A DNA stretch of 64,000 bases from Eledone cirrhosa. Lineage: Eukaryota. A model generated the notes under the pieces. It was not told where the DNA came from. It made no database searches and was given only the letters and a program-made list of their open reading frames with translations. This document shows, in pieces, positions 50,605-62,700 of the stretch. The stretch is taken from the NCBI GenBank assembly GCA_964016885.1, contig OZ024740.1:143840001-143904000 (forward strand). Direction: 5' to 3'. The position numbers and the translations under genes are program-made. Each line of letters opens with the position of its first letter. Position 1 is the first letter of the stretch.

Positions 50605-50669
50605 TATTTTATCTGATGAAAGCGTACCAATGTTGTCTTGGTTGCCCTTGAAATATATATAATAAAATA
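50605..50669 (+). ncRNA. Type I hammerhead ribozyme motif
   Basis: tattttat-CTGATGA-aag..accaa..ttggt..ctt-GAAA-tatata-TA-ataaaata; perfect 8-bp stem I, palindromic stem III, AUA triplet. Confidence 0.82.
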
Positions 50670-50708
50670 AATATGGTTTTATAAATATAGTTCCCATTTA
50701 TTTAATAT

Positions 50709-50797
<89 letters not shown>

Positions 50798-50827
50798 AAT
50801 ATACATACATATATATATATATATAAA

Positions 50828-51241
50828 TATACATATATGTATGTACGTATACATACATACTTACATTTAAGTAAGTGCCGTACTAAGAGTGAGAAATGAA
50901 ATTTCGTTTTCATTTTATTACAACTTATCGTTTTCGGTACGCCTGACCGATTTAACTCACTCGATATGCAAATTAGGCTGCTCAGCCGTTAATTTTCATA
51001 AGGAAAGTATATACTTTCGAACGTTCAACCATCTGGCAGAAGGGTATACGGTGCTGATGATAGCTAACAAACTTGAAACTAGTACATCGTTCCTGTGTCA
51101 GTGTTAAACAAAAAGGTGACGTGGTTGCCTTAACACCGTACGGCATAAATTCAGGCTGTTCAGTTTGTTTACAAACGAACAAAGCGGGCACTATAATAAG
51201 CGTCCGCTAAACTGATATGTACATATATGTATGTGTACCTG

Positions 51242-51297
<56 letters not shown>

Positions 51298-51413
51298 TGC
51301 TACTGTACGTCTGTATACATATATGTATGTACGTATACATACATACTTACATTTAAGTAAGTGCCGTACTAAGAGTGAGAAATGAAATTTCGTTTTCATT
51401 TTATTACAACTTA
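50828..51413 (+). mobile_element. Retrozyme-like unit: 486-bp monomer plus 100-bp terminal direct repeat
   Basis: Identical 100-bp repeats at 50828-50927 and 51314-51413; no credible ORF; internal hammerhead; embedded in (TA)n. Confidence 0.65.
51048..51090 (+). ncRNA. Minimal type I hammerhead ribozyme motif
   Basis: acggtg-CTGATGA-tag-ctaacaaa-ctt-GAAA-ctag-TA-catcgt; 6-bp stem I, palindromic ACTAGT stem III, GUA triplet; one stem II mismatch. Confidence 0.78.
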
Positions 51414-51451
51414 AATATACATACATATATATATAAATATATATACATATA

Positions 51452-52010
51452 TACACTGAAGTAAATGTTAAGTGGAAATATCCAAGAGTAACAGCACTCA
51501 GTCCATAGGACGAGTTTAGTATAAATAATTACAACAGTGACATAAACAGGTACTCAAGTTTCGTTGGGTTCTGGGCCCAATTCATTCAGTCTGTCATGAG
51601 AAAAATAAAAACAACCATGGCTCCTATGAGTGATTGTGCTTTCCATATAGGGATATAACAAAAGAGTTCACGCAGGGGCAGGTAATTTAGAAAAAATTCT
51701 AGAAAAAGACGTTATTTTAATAAATAGGGTAAGATACAAGGGGGGTAACTCTTGAGAGACCGCAGTCAATTTAGGATCAAAATAGAAGCACAATAATTTT
51801 TTCTAGTTGACTCCAAAGATCCAATTTCACTGAATTATCATATAGCCAGTAAATCGAAAGATACTTCTGGACCTGTTAGTTAGGCCTAAGCCATTTATCC
51901 AATTAAGCCAATATATTTCTTCACATGGGGACAACTGCCAAAGCAATCAACTCGTGTGATGAGGCAGTGCTTATCCAAAGCTAATTGTTAGAGTATCCAC
52001 CATTTTTCAG
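51452..52010 (-). mobile_element. Penelope-like remnant with a degenerate hammerhead (51545-51595)
   Basis: Minus strand gacaga-CTGAATGA-attggg..cccaac-GAAA-c-ttga-g-TA-cctgtt; upstream CPHVKKYIG resembles a GIY-YIG motif. Confidence 0.6.
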
Positions 52011-52199
52011 AATCCCAGTGGAAGGAAGATGCAGTAGAAGAAGTCCACGAAAATCATGGGTGGAGGTGGTGAGAACTCACTTCACCCCAGGAGATGACGA
52101 AGGACCATGACGAATGGAGAGATGCTATTCTGAATAGGACCCATCCCACCCTTGCAGGCAGGGAAAAGTGGATGTAAATAAAACGATGATAATGATATA

Positions 52200-52270
<71 letters not shown>

Positions 52271-52385
52271 GTACAACACTGGAAGGTAATATCCGTAGTG
52301 GTAGAGCACTCAGTCCATGGGACGAGTTAGGATCCGCTAAGGTGAAACAATTGTTCTCGGTATGGTGAACTAACTTGTGTAACCA

Positions 52386-52457
<72 letters not shown>

Positions 52458-52660
52458 GGCACTTGCTACTTATTGCACCTGAGCATTGGCCACATGTAAA
52501 ATCTACGATCTTAGATAGCTTATATATATATATATATATATATAACATCTAGACTCGCTCCCCACCACCATAAGTCATAACCCTGTTGAGAAACTCCTTT
52601 CTCTGTGTTGAATGTGTGTGTGTGTATATATATATATGTATGTGTGTGTATATATGTATC

Positions 52661-53706
52661 TCGTCTACGATTTCACAGAACTTATGTTCACCGAATTCAC
52701 AGACTAGATTCCTTCTACCTCCCATTAGACCTGTACGGAATTCCTTCCTTGCTCACATTCCAACCAGGTTTGATGGTCTTTATTCTCTCTCGTTCACGAT
52801 TTCACCGAACTTACATTCATGGAAATTTGGGACTTGACTCTCTCTTCCTCACTTTTCGTTGCTTCACCATCTTTGTTTGTTTACACTCTCGTGTCCCCTT
52901 TATTTACGTGTCCCAACGACTTTTTTTAGCCGTTGCTCGCACCAACCGGAGGTATATGGTCTTTAAAGCGATGAAATACCAATAATGGTGGGAAGATCAC
53001 TGATGAAGGACTAACTTTATTCATATGTAACCCATTAGCAGCCACGCAGCACGTTTATTCTCATATTTACACATATTTTTTCCCCCGCTGTGACCCGTCT
53101 ATTTCGTTCTTACTGCTTCCTCTTTCTCTGTATCTTTACCCTCTCTAACAGTCACTCTCTCTGTTAGCCTCTTCCTCACCCTTCACTCACTCACTCTTTG
53201 TTACTACCTCTCCTCCTCCTCCTTCTTCCCGTTTGACCTGTGCGTAATTCTTTTCTTTCGCACCCTTGGTCAGGCAGGTTCGCTTTTTTTCTCTCTCTCG
53301 TCTACGATTTCACAGAACTTATGTTCACCGAATTCACAGACTAGATTCCTTCTTCCTCCCGTTAGACCTGTACGGAATTCCTTCCTTGCTCACATTCCAA
53401 CCAGGTTTGATGGTCTTTATTCTCTCTCGTTCACGATTTCACCGAACTTATATTCATGGAAATTTGGGACTTGACTCTCTCTTCCTCACTTTTCGTTGCT
53501 TCACCATCTTTGTTTGTTTACACTCTCGTGTCCCCTTTATTTACGTGTCCCAACGACTTTTTTTTAGCCGTTGCTCGCACCAACCGGAGGTATATGGTCT
53601 TTAAAGCGATGAAATATCAATGATGGTTGGAAAATCACCGATGAAGGACTAACTTTATTCATATGTAACCCATTAGCAGCCACGCAGCACGTTTATTCTC
53701 ATATTT

Positions 53707-53711
<5 letters not shown>
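52661..53711 (+). mobile_element. Partial tandem Penelope-like terminal repeats (about 413-bp direct repeat, period 637)
   Basis: 52661-53074 is nearly identical to 53298-53711; decayed endonuclease-like tail (QRLFFS..HQP..GL); C(T/C)GATGA core lacking GAAA; (TA)n on both sides. Confidence 0.65.
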
Positions 53712-53744
<33 letters not shown>

Positions 53745-53745
<1 letters not shown>

Positions 53746-53841
53746 ATTCGATGCGACCAGATTTCAACACAGCAACAACAACAACTACAACAACAACAGC
53801 AACTACAATAACAACAGCAACTACAACAACACACACACACA

Positions 53842-53936
<95 letters not shown>

Positions 53937-54350
53937 CTATATATATATCACTGACCTGATACTAAACTCCTTTCTCTGTGTTGAATGTATGTGTGTATAT
54001 ATATATATATATATATCTCAGTCGATGCGACCAGATTTCAACACAGGAACAACAACAACAGCAACTACAACAACAACAGCAACAATATATATATATGTGT
54101 ATATATATATGTATATGTATATATCACACCCGCGAAGCGACCAAATTTCAAAATTTCAACCCAGCGACTACAACAACAGCAAAAACAACAACAACAGCAA
54201 CAACACCATTGTCTGCAGCAGCAGCATCAGTGAAATGAACAACAAAAACGGCAGCAGTAACAACAACTGCCATCACCATCACTGACACCATCCACCACCA
54301 CCGCCATCACCATCACTGACATCATCCACCACCACCACCACCATTACCAG
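53745..54350. repeat. Compound microsatellites (CAA/CAG, TA, CAC) with a thrice-repeated gcgacca(g/a)atttcaa leader
   Basis: Leaders at about 53753, 54026 and 54137, each followed by (caa)n. Confidence 0.85.
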
Positions 54351-54719
54351 CGATCAGGCCTTAAGATAAAGAAAACAACTATAATACTAAATAACTATTC
54401 TGTTCTTGGCATGGGGCAGCGATTGTCCCAGCACATTGCTGGTGCCTTGTTTTGGGCCCGGAGCGTGGAGAGCCGTTGCTTTATGCTGTAAAGCAAACAA
54501 TTATTATTATTATATAAAAACTGAACTGTAAAAGTCAACAGTTGACATGATCTTGTATGAGTACTGACAGTAATATATGTATGTGTGTGTGTGTGTGTGT
54601 GTGAGTGGCGTGTGTGTGTTTGTATGCATGACTGTTGGTGTGTGAGTGGCGTGTGTGTTTGTATGCATGAGTGTTGGTGTGTGAGTGAGTGTGTGTATGT
54701 GTGCCGTGAGTGTCAATAA

Positions 54720-57700
54720 GTGGTGTGTTTTTTTTATGACCATGCTGTAAAATGGAGGGGTAGAGAGGGCCCATGAGTCCAGTAAGACATCCTCTCTAGT
54801 GCTGGTGGCACAAATAAAAGCACCCAGTCCATGCTGTAAAGTGGTGCTGGTGTTAGGAAGGGCAACCAGCCAGTGTATCAATGCCAAAACGATTATCAGC
54901 ACAGCAACAAGAAGATAGGAACAACAAAATATGAAGACGTCGCATCTCAGAGTTGCAACACTTAATGTTGGCACTCTCACAGGTAGATCTGGTGAAATAA
55001 CGGAGATGCTGGAGAGAAGGCATGTGGATGTGTACTGTGTGCAAGAGGTGCCTCTGCGAGACTAGTTGCAGGAAAACATCTTAGCTATAAGCTTTTCTGG
55101 GTAGGTAAGGATGATGGGTTAGGGGGAGTAGGCATTTTCCTGGCTGAGAGATGGATCAATAAGACAATAGAGTTAGTTTGAGTTAGTAATCGAATAATTA
55201 AGCTTAGATTAGTTGTAGGCAGGAGACTACTGACAATCATCTCTGCCTATGCTCCACAAGCAGGCTTAGGAAAAGAAGAGAAAGACTGCTTTTACGAGCA
55301 ACGTTTACAAACAGCCGCAATGACAGAGGATGGAGACATCGTTATGCTAGCAGGGGACTTCAATGGTCATGTTGGACAGCTCCAGGATGGTTACACTGGG
55401 GTACATGGTGGGCACGGTTACGGCTCAAGAAATAAAAGAGGAGTGAGACGTCTTGAATTTTGTGATGCAAGTACACTGACTATTTGCAACACTAACTTCC
55501 AGAAACCTGCCAACCACCTAATAACCTACAAATCAGGCAAACACATAAGCCAGATTGACTTCTTACTAGTTAGGCAGCGGGACAGGCAGATGGTATTAAA
55601 TACCAAAGCATACCCTGGGGAAGAATGTACCCCACAGCATAGGTTAGTCGTTAGTGATATATCAGTAAGCAAGAGATGGAATGAGACATACAGGAAGGTG
55701 TGGAGAAGAAAGGTCCGGAAGCTAAAAGACCTTTCACTAAAATACAAATTTAGGAAAGCCCTTCAAGTTGTGTATGACGAAAAAGAAGACGATTTAGAGT
55801 CGTATGACAGATAATAACTGGAATTTCTTACGTAACAACTTACTGCAGGTTACTGATGAAACTTGTGGATGGAGCAGAGCTCCAACCAGACAGAGAGTGA
55901 CTTGGTGGTGGAATAGCACAGTAGATAGGGCCATTAGAGAGAAAAGACTAGCATGGAAGGCTTGGAAAAAGGGTGGGAGTAGAGAAGGATATACAGCCGC
56001 TAAGAGAGAAGCTAGACGTCAGGTGTACTTAGCATGCAGGGAGGCTGAGAGTAGGAGGTTTGCCAATGTTCTGCGACGGGAAGTTCAGTGGCATGCGGTG
56101 TTACACATTGCAATGCAGTGAGTCAATGCAAATCAGGATGTTGTTGGAGATATGTGTCCGGAATGATGCCGGTGTACTTAGTGTCACAAATGATCAGAAA
56201 AAGGAGGCCTGGAAATGCCATTATGAGAGATTGATGAATGTGGAGAACGAATGGGAGAGAGAGAAATTACCCTCAGTAGATCCGACAGAGGGACCAGCTA
56301 TTGAGATTGACGAATATAGGGTCCAAGAGGAAATGAAAAATGGTAGGGCTGCTGGGCCGTCGGGGATAGTTGCTGAGATGCTGAAGGCATCAGAGGACGT
56401 AGGCACTAAACTGGTTGCACGCATCATCAATCAGGCTATATATGGTGGTGTCATACCCAAAGACTGATGCAGCAGTATTCTCATAAATTGCTACAAAGAT
56501 AAAAGGGATGCTCTGGAGAGGAGCAATTATAGGGCATAAAACTGATGGATCAGGTTATGAAAGTGGCAGAAAGGATATTAACTAATTAGAGAAAGGGTCA
56601 AACTAGATGAGATGCAGTTTGGTTTTGTGCCTGACAAGAGTACAACAGATGCCCTCTTCTTTGTGAGACAATTACAAGAGAGGTTCTTAGAGAAGAATAA
56701 GCCACTATACTTAGCTTTTGTTGACCTAGAGAAGGCCTTTGATAGGGTACCCCGATCTGTCATCTGGTGGTCCCTAAGGAAACTAGGTGTTGAGGAATGG
56801 CTTCTGAGGACAGTGCAAACTTTGTACAGAGGTGTTGTCAGTAAAGTGAGGGTAGGAATGGAGTTTAGTGAGGAATTCCAGATACAAGTAGGAGTAAATC
56901 AAGGTTCGGTCCTCATCCCGCTCTTGTTCATTATAGTCCTCCAAGCCATAACAGAGGAGTTTAAGACTGGCTGTCCATGGGAACTTCTCTATGCTGATGA
57001 TCTGGTTTTTATAGCAGAATCAGTAGAGGAGCTAGAGAATAAATTCTGGCTATGGAAACAGCAGTTGGAAGCAAGGGGACTGAGAGTGATCCCAGCTAAG
57101 ACAAAAGTGTTGATGAGTAGAAAAGAGGACAAAACTCTGATTCCGTCAGGGAAATGGCCATGTTCGATATGCAGAAAAGGAACTGGCATAAATTCTATAA
57201 AATGCACACAATGCAGATCCTGGGTACACAAGAGATGTAGTGGGATAGCAGGCAAACTACCAGGTAGGGAGAAATATGTATGCAGTAGATGTATAGGGAA
57301 ATTAGACAGTAGAAGTCGCATTGATAGACACATTTTTCAAATGCAGGCAGGTGCTATAGAAGTGGTGGATAGCTTCCGGTACCTAGGAGATCAGATTAGC
57401 ATGGAAGGGGGGTGTTTCGAGGCCATAGTATCTAGAATAAGGACGGGCTGGAAGAAGTTTAGGGAGCTGCTTACTCTGCTGACGAAGAAGGGTTTCTCCC
57501 TACGTACGAAAGACCGGTTATATGATGCCTGTGTGAGGTGCGCGATGCTGCATGGTAGTGAGACTTGGGCAGCAACTGCAGAGGATATGCGACGGCTGGA
57601 GAGAAATGAGGCAAGCATGCTCCGTTGGATGTGCAATGTCAATGTGCGTGAACGACCCAGTATGGATGTGTTGAGAGAGAAACTGTGTCTGAAAGGGATA

Positions 57701-57991
57701 GAATGTAGTGTACGAGAGAGGAGACTGCGGTGGTATGGATATGTGATGCGCATTGAGGATGACCGATGGGTGAAGAAGTGCCAGGAAATGCTAGTTGAAG
57801 GAATACGTGGTAGAGGTAGACCACGAAAAACAATGGGCGGAGGTGGTGAGAACAGACTTCAGATCGCTGAAGCTCACGGTGGAGATGACGAAGGACTGTG
57901 ACAAATGGAGAGATGGTGTGCTGAATAAGACCCATCCCACCCTTGCAAGCAGGGAAAAGCGGACGTTAAATGATGATGATGATGATGATGA

Positions 57992-57995
<4 letters not shown>
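54720..57995 (+). mobile_element. Near full-length RTE LINE (APE endonuclease, RT, PHD finger), frameshifted
   Basis: LNVGTL, AGDFNGH and SQIDF..QHRLV (EN); ORF 56612-57901 with QFGF, FVDLEKAFD, QGSVLIP, LYADD and FRYLG; (GAT)n tail. Confidence 0.96.
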
Positions 57996-58033
<38 letters not shown>

Positions 58034-58038
<5 letters not shown>

Positions 58039-58701
58039 AGGTTAATTATAACGTTCGCGAAAATGAAAGTCAATTTTCTGACAAGTGAATGTGTTTGTTT
58101 TGTTTTTTTTACATTGAAAGTTACGATACAGTTTGTTTATTTACAACAGGTCTCTATAGTGATATGGTGTTAATTAGTATTGCGTGTGTGATTATTTTCT
58201 CTTATATATATATGTGTGGGTGTGTATATGTGTGTATATATATGTGTGTCTGTATGTATATATATATGTGTGTTTGTATATATATATGTGTTTGTGTCAT
58301 CATCATCGTTTAGATGTTTTTGTAATATCTTGCCAAAGTTGGCACCAACTATAAACAAATTAAGGCCGGGTCATAAGAAGGACAGAGAATGATAAGGGAT
58401 TTGGGTAAAAACATCTAAACGATGATGATGACACAAACACATATATATATATATATATACAAAAACACATATATATATACATACAGACACACATATATAT
58501 ACACACATATACACACCCACACACATATATATAAGAGAAAATAATCACACACGCAATACTAATTAACACCATATCACTATAGAGACCTGTTGTAAATAAA
58601 CAAATAGTGTATCGTAAGTTACATTGTAAAAAAAAACAAAAAACACATTCACTTGTCAGAAAATTGACTTTCATTTTCGCGAACGTTATAATTAACCTAT
58701 G

Positions 58702-58703
<2 letters not shown>
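58034..58703. mobile_element. Foldback element with about 290-bp arms and Merlin-like GGCATA termini
   Basis: 58034-58320 is the reverse complement of 58407-58703 apart from small indels; 86-bp spacer; inserted in (TA)n; termini resemble the 10364 element. Confidence 0.85.
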
Positions 58704-58770
<67 letters not shown>

Positions 58771-59165
58771 ACTATAAATTGATTAATATATAAATAAACA
58801 TGAATAATCACAGGAGATAATTTTTACAAGTGTGTAACCACACAGCTAGGTAGGTAACTAAATAAAGTTGACCAGAACTTCAAAAATAGATACCTTATAA
58901 TATGATTAATCTTCTCTGTATATATTCCATTAAAGAAATATATTTCACCAATTAATCGGATGGTAAACCACGAAAGTGGGGACTTGGATTTTCAACAAAG
59001 AAGAAGTTACAGCAATCCGTGTTTACACTTTCAAATCTGCGACTGGCCATCACCACGTGTTGTATTTACTAGATATACACACATCATAGTAGCTTCGTCC
59101 CAGTGGCGTGAATAGGGTTATCGACAACTAGAAACAGCAGTCGAGTCCTTTCAACAGAGTTAGCT

Positions 59166-59751
59166 CTGTCTCATTCTGTTAGACCCTTTCTAAAAACTAA
59201 CCTTCTCTAAAGTTACCCATAAAGTTGACTCAATAAGCAGTGTTTTATTTATGCCAGTCTAGAATTCAAATTCTCCGTTTTTCTCTCGAATTTTCAATTA
59301 ATATTTTACGTTTTTTAATAATATGTCTCATTCTGTTGGACCCTTCCTAAAAACTAACCTTCTAGTATTATTATTAATTAATTATTCTAGAACTTTCCTG
59401 CACATCGCTCGCTAACTTTGTAAACACTTTGCTCCTTCTCTCATACCCCCCCCCCCCCGTCTGATCGCAAGTATAAAATAAACCTTGCTGAATTCCCAAG
59501 GACAGAATTTATCTATCTATCTAATCTATCTTACGGACGATCTGTCGATTTTGAGAATGTAAGCAAAATACTTGTCTTCCCTTTTACCCGTAGTTGACTC
59601 AAAATAGCAGTGTTTTAAACTTCTATTTATGCCAGTCTAGAATTCAAATTCTCCGTTTTTCTCTCGGATTTTCAATTAATATTTTACATGTTTTTAATAA
59701 TATGTCTCATTCTGTCGGACCCTTCCTAAAAACTAACCTTCTAAAGTTACC
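59166..59751. repeat. Local direct repeats
   Basis: About 140-bp block at about 59224-59364 and about 59593-59743; tgtctcattctgt..ctaaaaactaaccttct occurs three times. Confidence 0.8.
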
Positions 59752-62700
59752 CATTTCCCGCCCTCCAGACACCACCCTTGCTATATGGTCCAATCATAAC
59801 TCAGCGGCTTATAGTAAGTTCTCTAACAAATCAGTATAGCAAAGCTACCACCTCGGTTACTATTCCTTAAGTTTAGATCTGTTTGGTGGGTGGACTTTGG
59901 AATTTGGAAAGTTTAAGCACTCAATGACAATGTCACAGATAAAGGTAAATTCACCCGCTCACCACTCTTTATTTCAGACACAGATGTCCAACATAATTCT
60001 AAACACCCCCCCCCCCCCCCAACCCAACCCATCCATCCCACCCTCCTAAGTTCAGAGTTGGTACCATGAACGTAGGCACATTGAAAGGTCGCTCAAATGA
60101 GGTTGTAGAGATGCTTGAACGTAAAGAAGTTGATGTTTGTTGTATTCAAGAGACTAGGTGGAGAGGTGGGTCTGCCAGATTCATCGTGGGTAAAAAACGA
60201 TGCTATAAACTTTTCTGGGTGGGAAATGACAACCGAGTGTGTGGAGTAGGAATTATGTTGGCTGAAAAATGGGTAGATAAGGTAATTGACGTAAATAGAG
60301 TGAATGACAGAATAATTAAAATAAGACTAGTCCTAAATAGAACTACTGTGACAATAATATCCACTTATGCACCCCAGTCTGGTCTACCTGATATTATAAA
60401 GGACAGGTTCTATGAGACGCTAATGCACACTACCTCTCAAATAACCAACAGCGACTACTTAATTATTGCTGGCGATCTAAACGGTCACGTTAGACAAGAT
60501 AGTGATGGCTATGATGGAATCTATGGAGGCTATGGGTTTGGAAATAGAAATGAGGAGGGCTTCAGAATCCTGGAATTCTGTGACGCTAATAACCTAACTA
60601 TCTGTCCCCTTCTTTTGCGCCCTAGTAATCTATCTGTAACACAAACTTAAAAAAAACAAGAAAACCACTTGATCACCTATAGATCAGGGGAACACGCCAG
60701 CCAGATAGATTATATCCTTACTAGTAGACGTGACAGAGTGTCTGTTGTAAACACTAAATCCCTCCCCCGTGAAGAATGCACCTCCCAACATAGCCTAGTA
60801 GTTAGTGACCTCATAGTCAGGAATAGACATACTCGACGACAGAGGAGGATTACCTTGAGGAGAAGAATATGGAAGTTGAAGGACCCCATAGCCAGTGACA
60901 AATTTAAAAGCTTATTACTTGATGCCTTTGACAATAAGGAAGAGCAATTAGAGACGTGCTATATAGAGGAACAGGGGCAATTCTTGAAAGTGAACCTGCT
61001 GAAAGCAACGGATGAAATCTGTGGCTGGAGAAGACCTATTGGCAGGAGAAGAGTAACTTGGTGGCGGAACAGTAAGGTGGAGGAGACAATCAAGGCAAAA
61101 AAGCAGGCTTGGAAAGTATGGCAGGATGGGGGAAGTAGAGAGCACTATCAAGTGGCCAGGAGAAAGGCTAGAAGACAATTGTACCTTGCAAAAAGGGAAG
61201 CAGAGGATAGAAAGTTCAAGCATGTTCTACAACGTGAGGACCAAAAACGTGAGAGGTTCAGGATTGCTAGACAATGTGTCAAGGAAAACCGTGATATTGT
61301 CGGGGAGAAGTGTGTCCGTAATGATAACGGTGTACTTGCCCTCACTGATACTGATAAGAAGGTAGCTTGGAAGTGTCACTACGAGAGACTATTAAATGAG
61401 GAGAAAAAGATAGTCTGCCCCAAATCCATCCAATAGAAGGACCAGCGGTGCAAGTTAAAGGTAGTATAATAAGTAAGGCAATCAAAGATATGGAGACAGG
61501 CAAGACAGCTGAGCCTTTGGCGATAGTTGCTGAGATGTTGAAGGCATCTGGAATGGTGGGACATACTATGGTCACCCGTATAGTTAACCAAGTAATACAG
61601 AATGGGGTCATACCAAAAGACTGGCGTAGCAGCATCATCATTAACTGCTACACGGGTAAAGGGGGTGCTCTAGATAGGGGAAACTATATAGACATTAAGT
61701 TAGTTGACCAGGTCATGAAGGTCACAGAAAGAGTTATAGCGCAACTAATCAGAGAGCGAATTGATCTAGATGAAATGCAGTTTGGGGTTGTGTCAGGTAA
61801 AAGTACCAGAGACGCTCTTTTCCTTGTACGACAACTATAAGAGAAGTACCTAGCTAAAAGTAAACCCCTCTACTTAGCTTTTGTAGACTGGAGAAAGCTT
61901 TTGACAGAGTCCCCCGCTCCATTATCTGGTGGGCTCTTAGAAAACTAGGTGTAGATGAATGGCTTGTGAGAGCTATACAAGCTATGTATAAAGAAACAGT
62001 CAGTAAGGTTAGAATTAACAATGAATATTGTGAAGAATTTAGTGTAAAAGTTGGTGTTCATCAAGGCTCTGTCCTTAGCCCCCTCCTATTTACTATTGCC
62101 CTTCAGGCTATAACAGAGGAGTTCAAGACCGGCTGCTCATGGGAACTCCTATATTCAGATGATCTAACTCTCATAGCTGAATCTATGGCTGAACTAGAGA
62201 AGAAATTCCAAACATGGAAGCATGGCCTAGAATCAAAAGGCCTTAAAGTTAACTTGTCTATGACTAAAGTTCTAGTTTGTAGAAAGGAAAATAGGGCACA
62301 GATGCCATCAGGGAAATGGCCATGCTCAGTGTGTAGGAAAGGAGTAGGCAGAAATTCAATTTTATGTCCCAAATGCAAACTATGGGTACATAAAAGATGA
62401 AGTGGGATCACAGGTAAACTATCTAAAATGTAGATTTTATATGTGGCCTATGCTCAGGTGCAATAAGTAGCAAGAGTCCACAGGATACTAGCTCCTTCTA
62501 TTGCCCAGATGGTTCTATAGAAATAGTGGACATTTCCCGTTACCTGGGTGACAAAATCAGCAGTGGTGGAGGGTGTTCTGAAAGTACAGTAGCCAGAGTC
62601 AGAACGGAATGGAAACAGTTCAGAGAGCTTATACTACTGTTGGCCAAAAAAGGTTTCTCTCTAAAAATGAAAGGCAGATTGTATGATGCCTGCATACGAA

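Larger units (their letters stand above)
49229..50700 (+). mobile_element. Penelope-like element 3' remnant (GIY-YIG C-terminus, AT-rich UTR, hammerhead)
   Basis: IWNLKCKNMDYSLTWEII..CKLCVEE..INVRTKLFSSCRH; bounded by (TA)n/(GA)n; interrupted by a SINE. Confidence 0.8.

Noticed and set aside
50698-54285. ORFs rich in YI, Q, T or N runs
   Set aside because: Translations of (TA)n and (CAA)n microsatellites.
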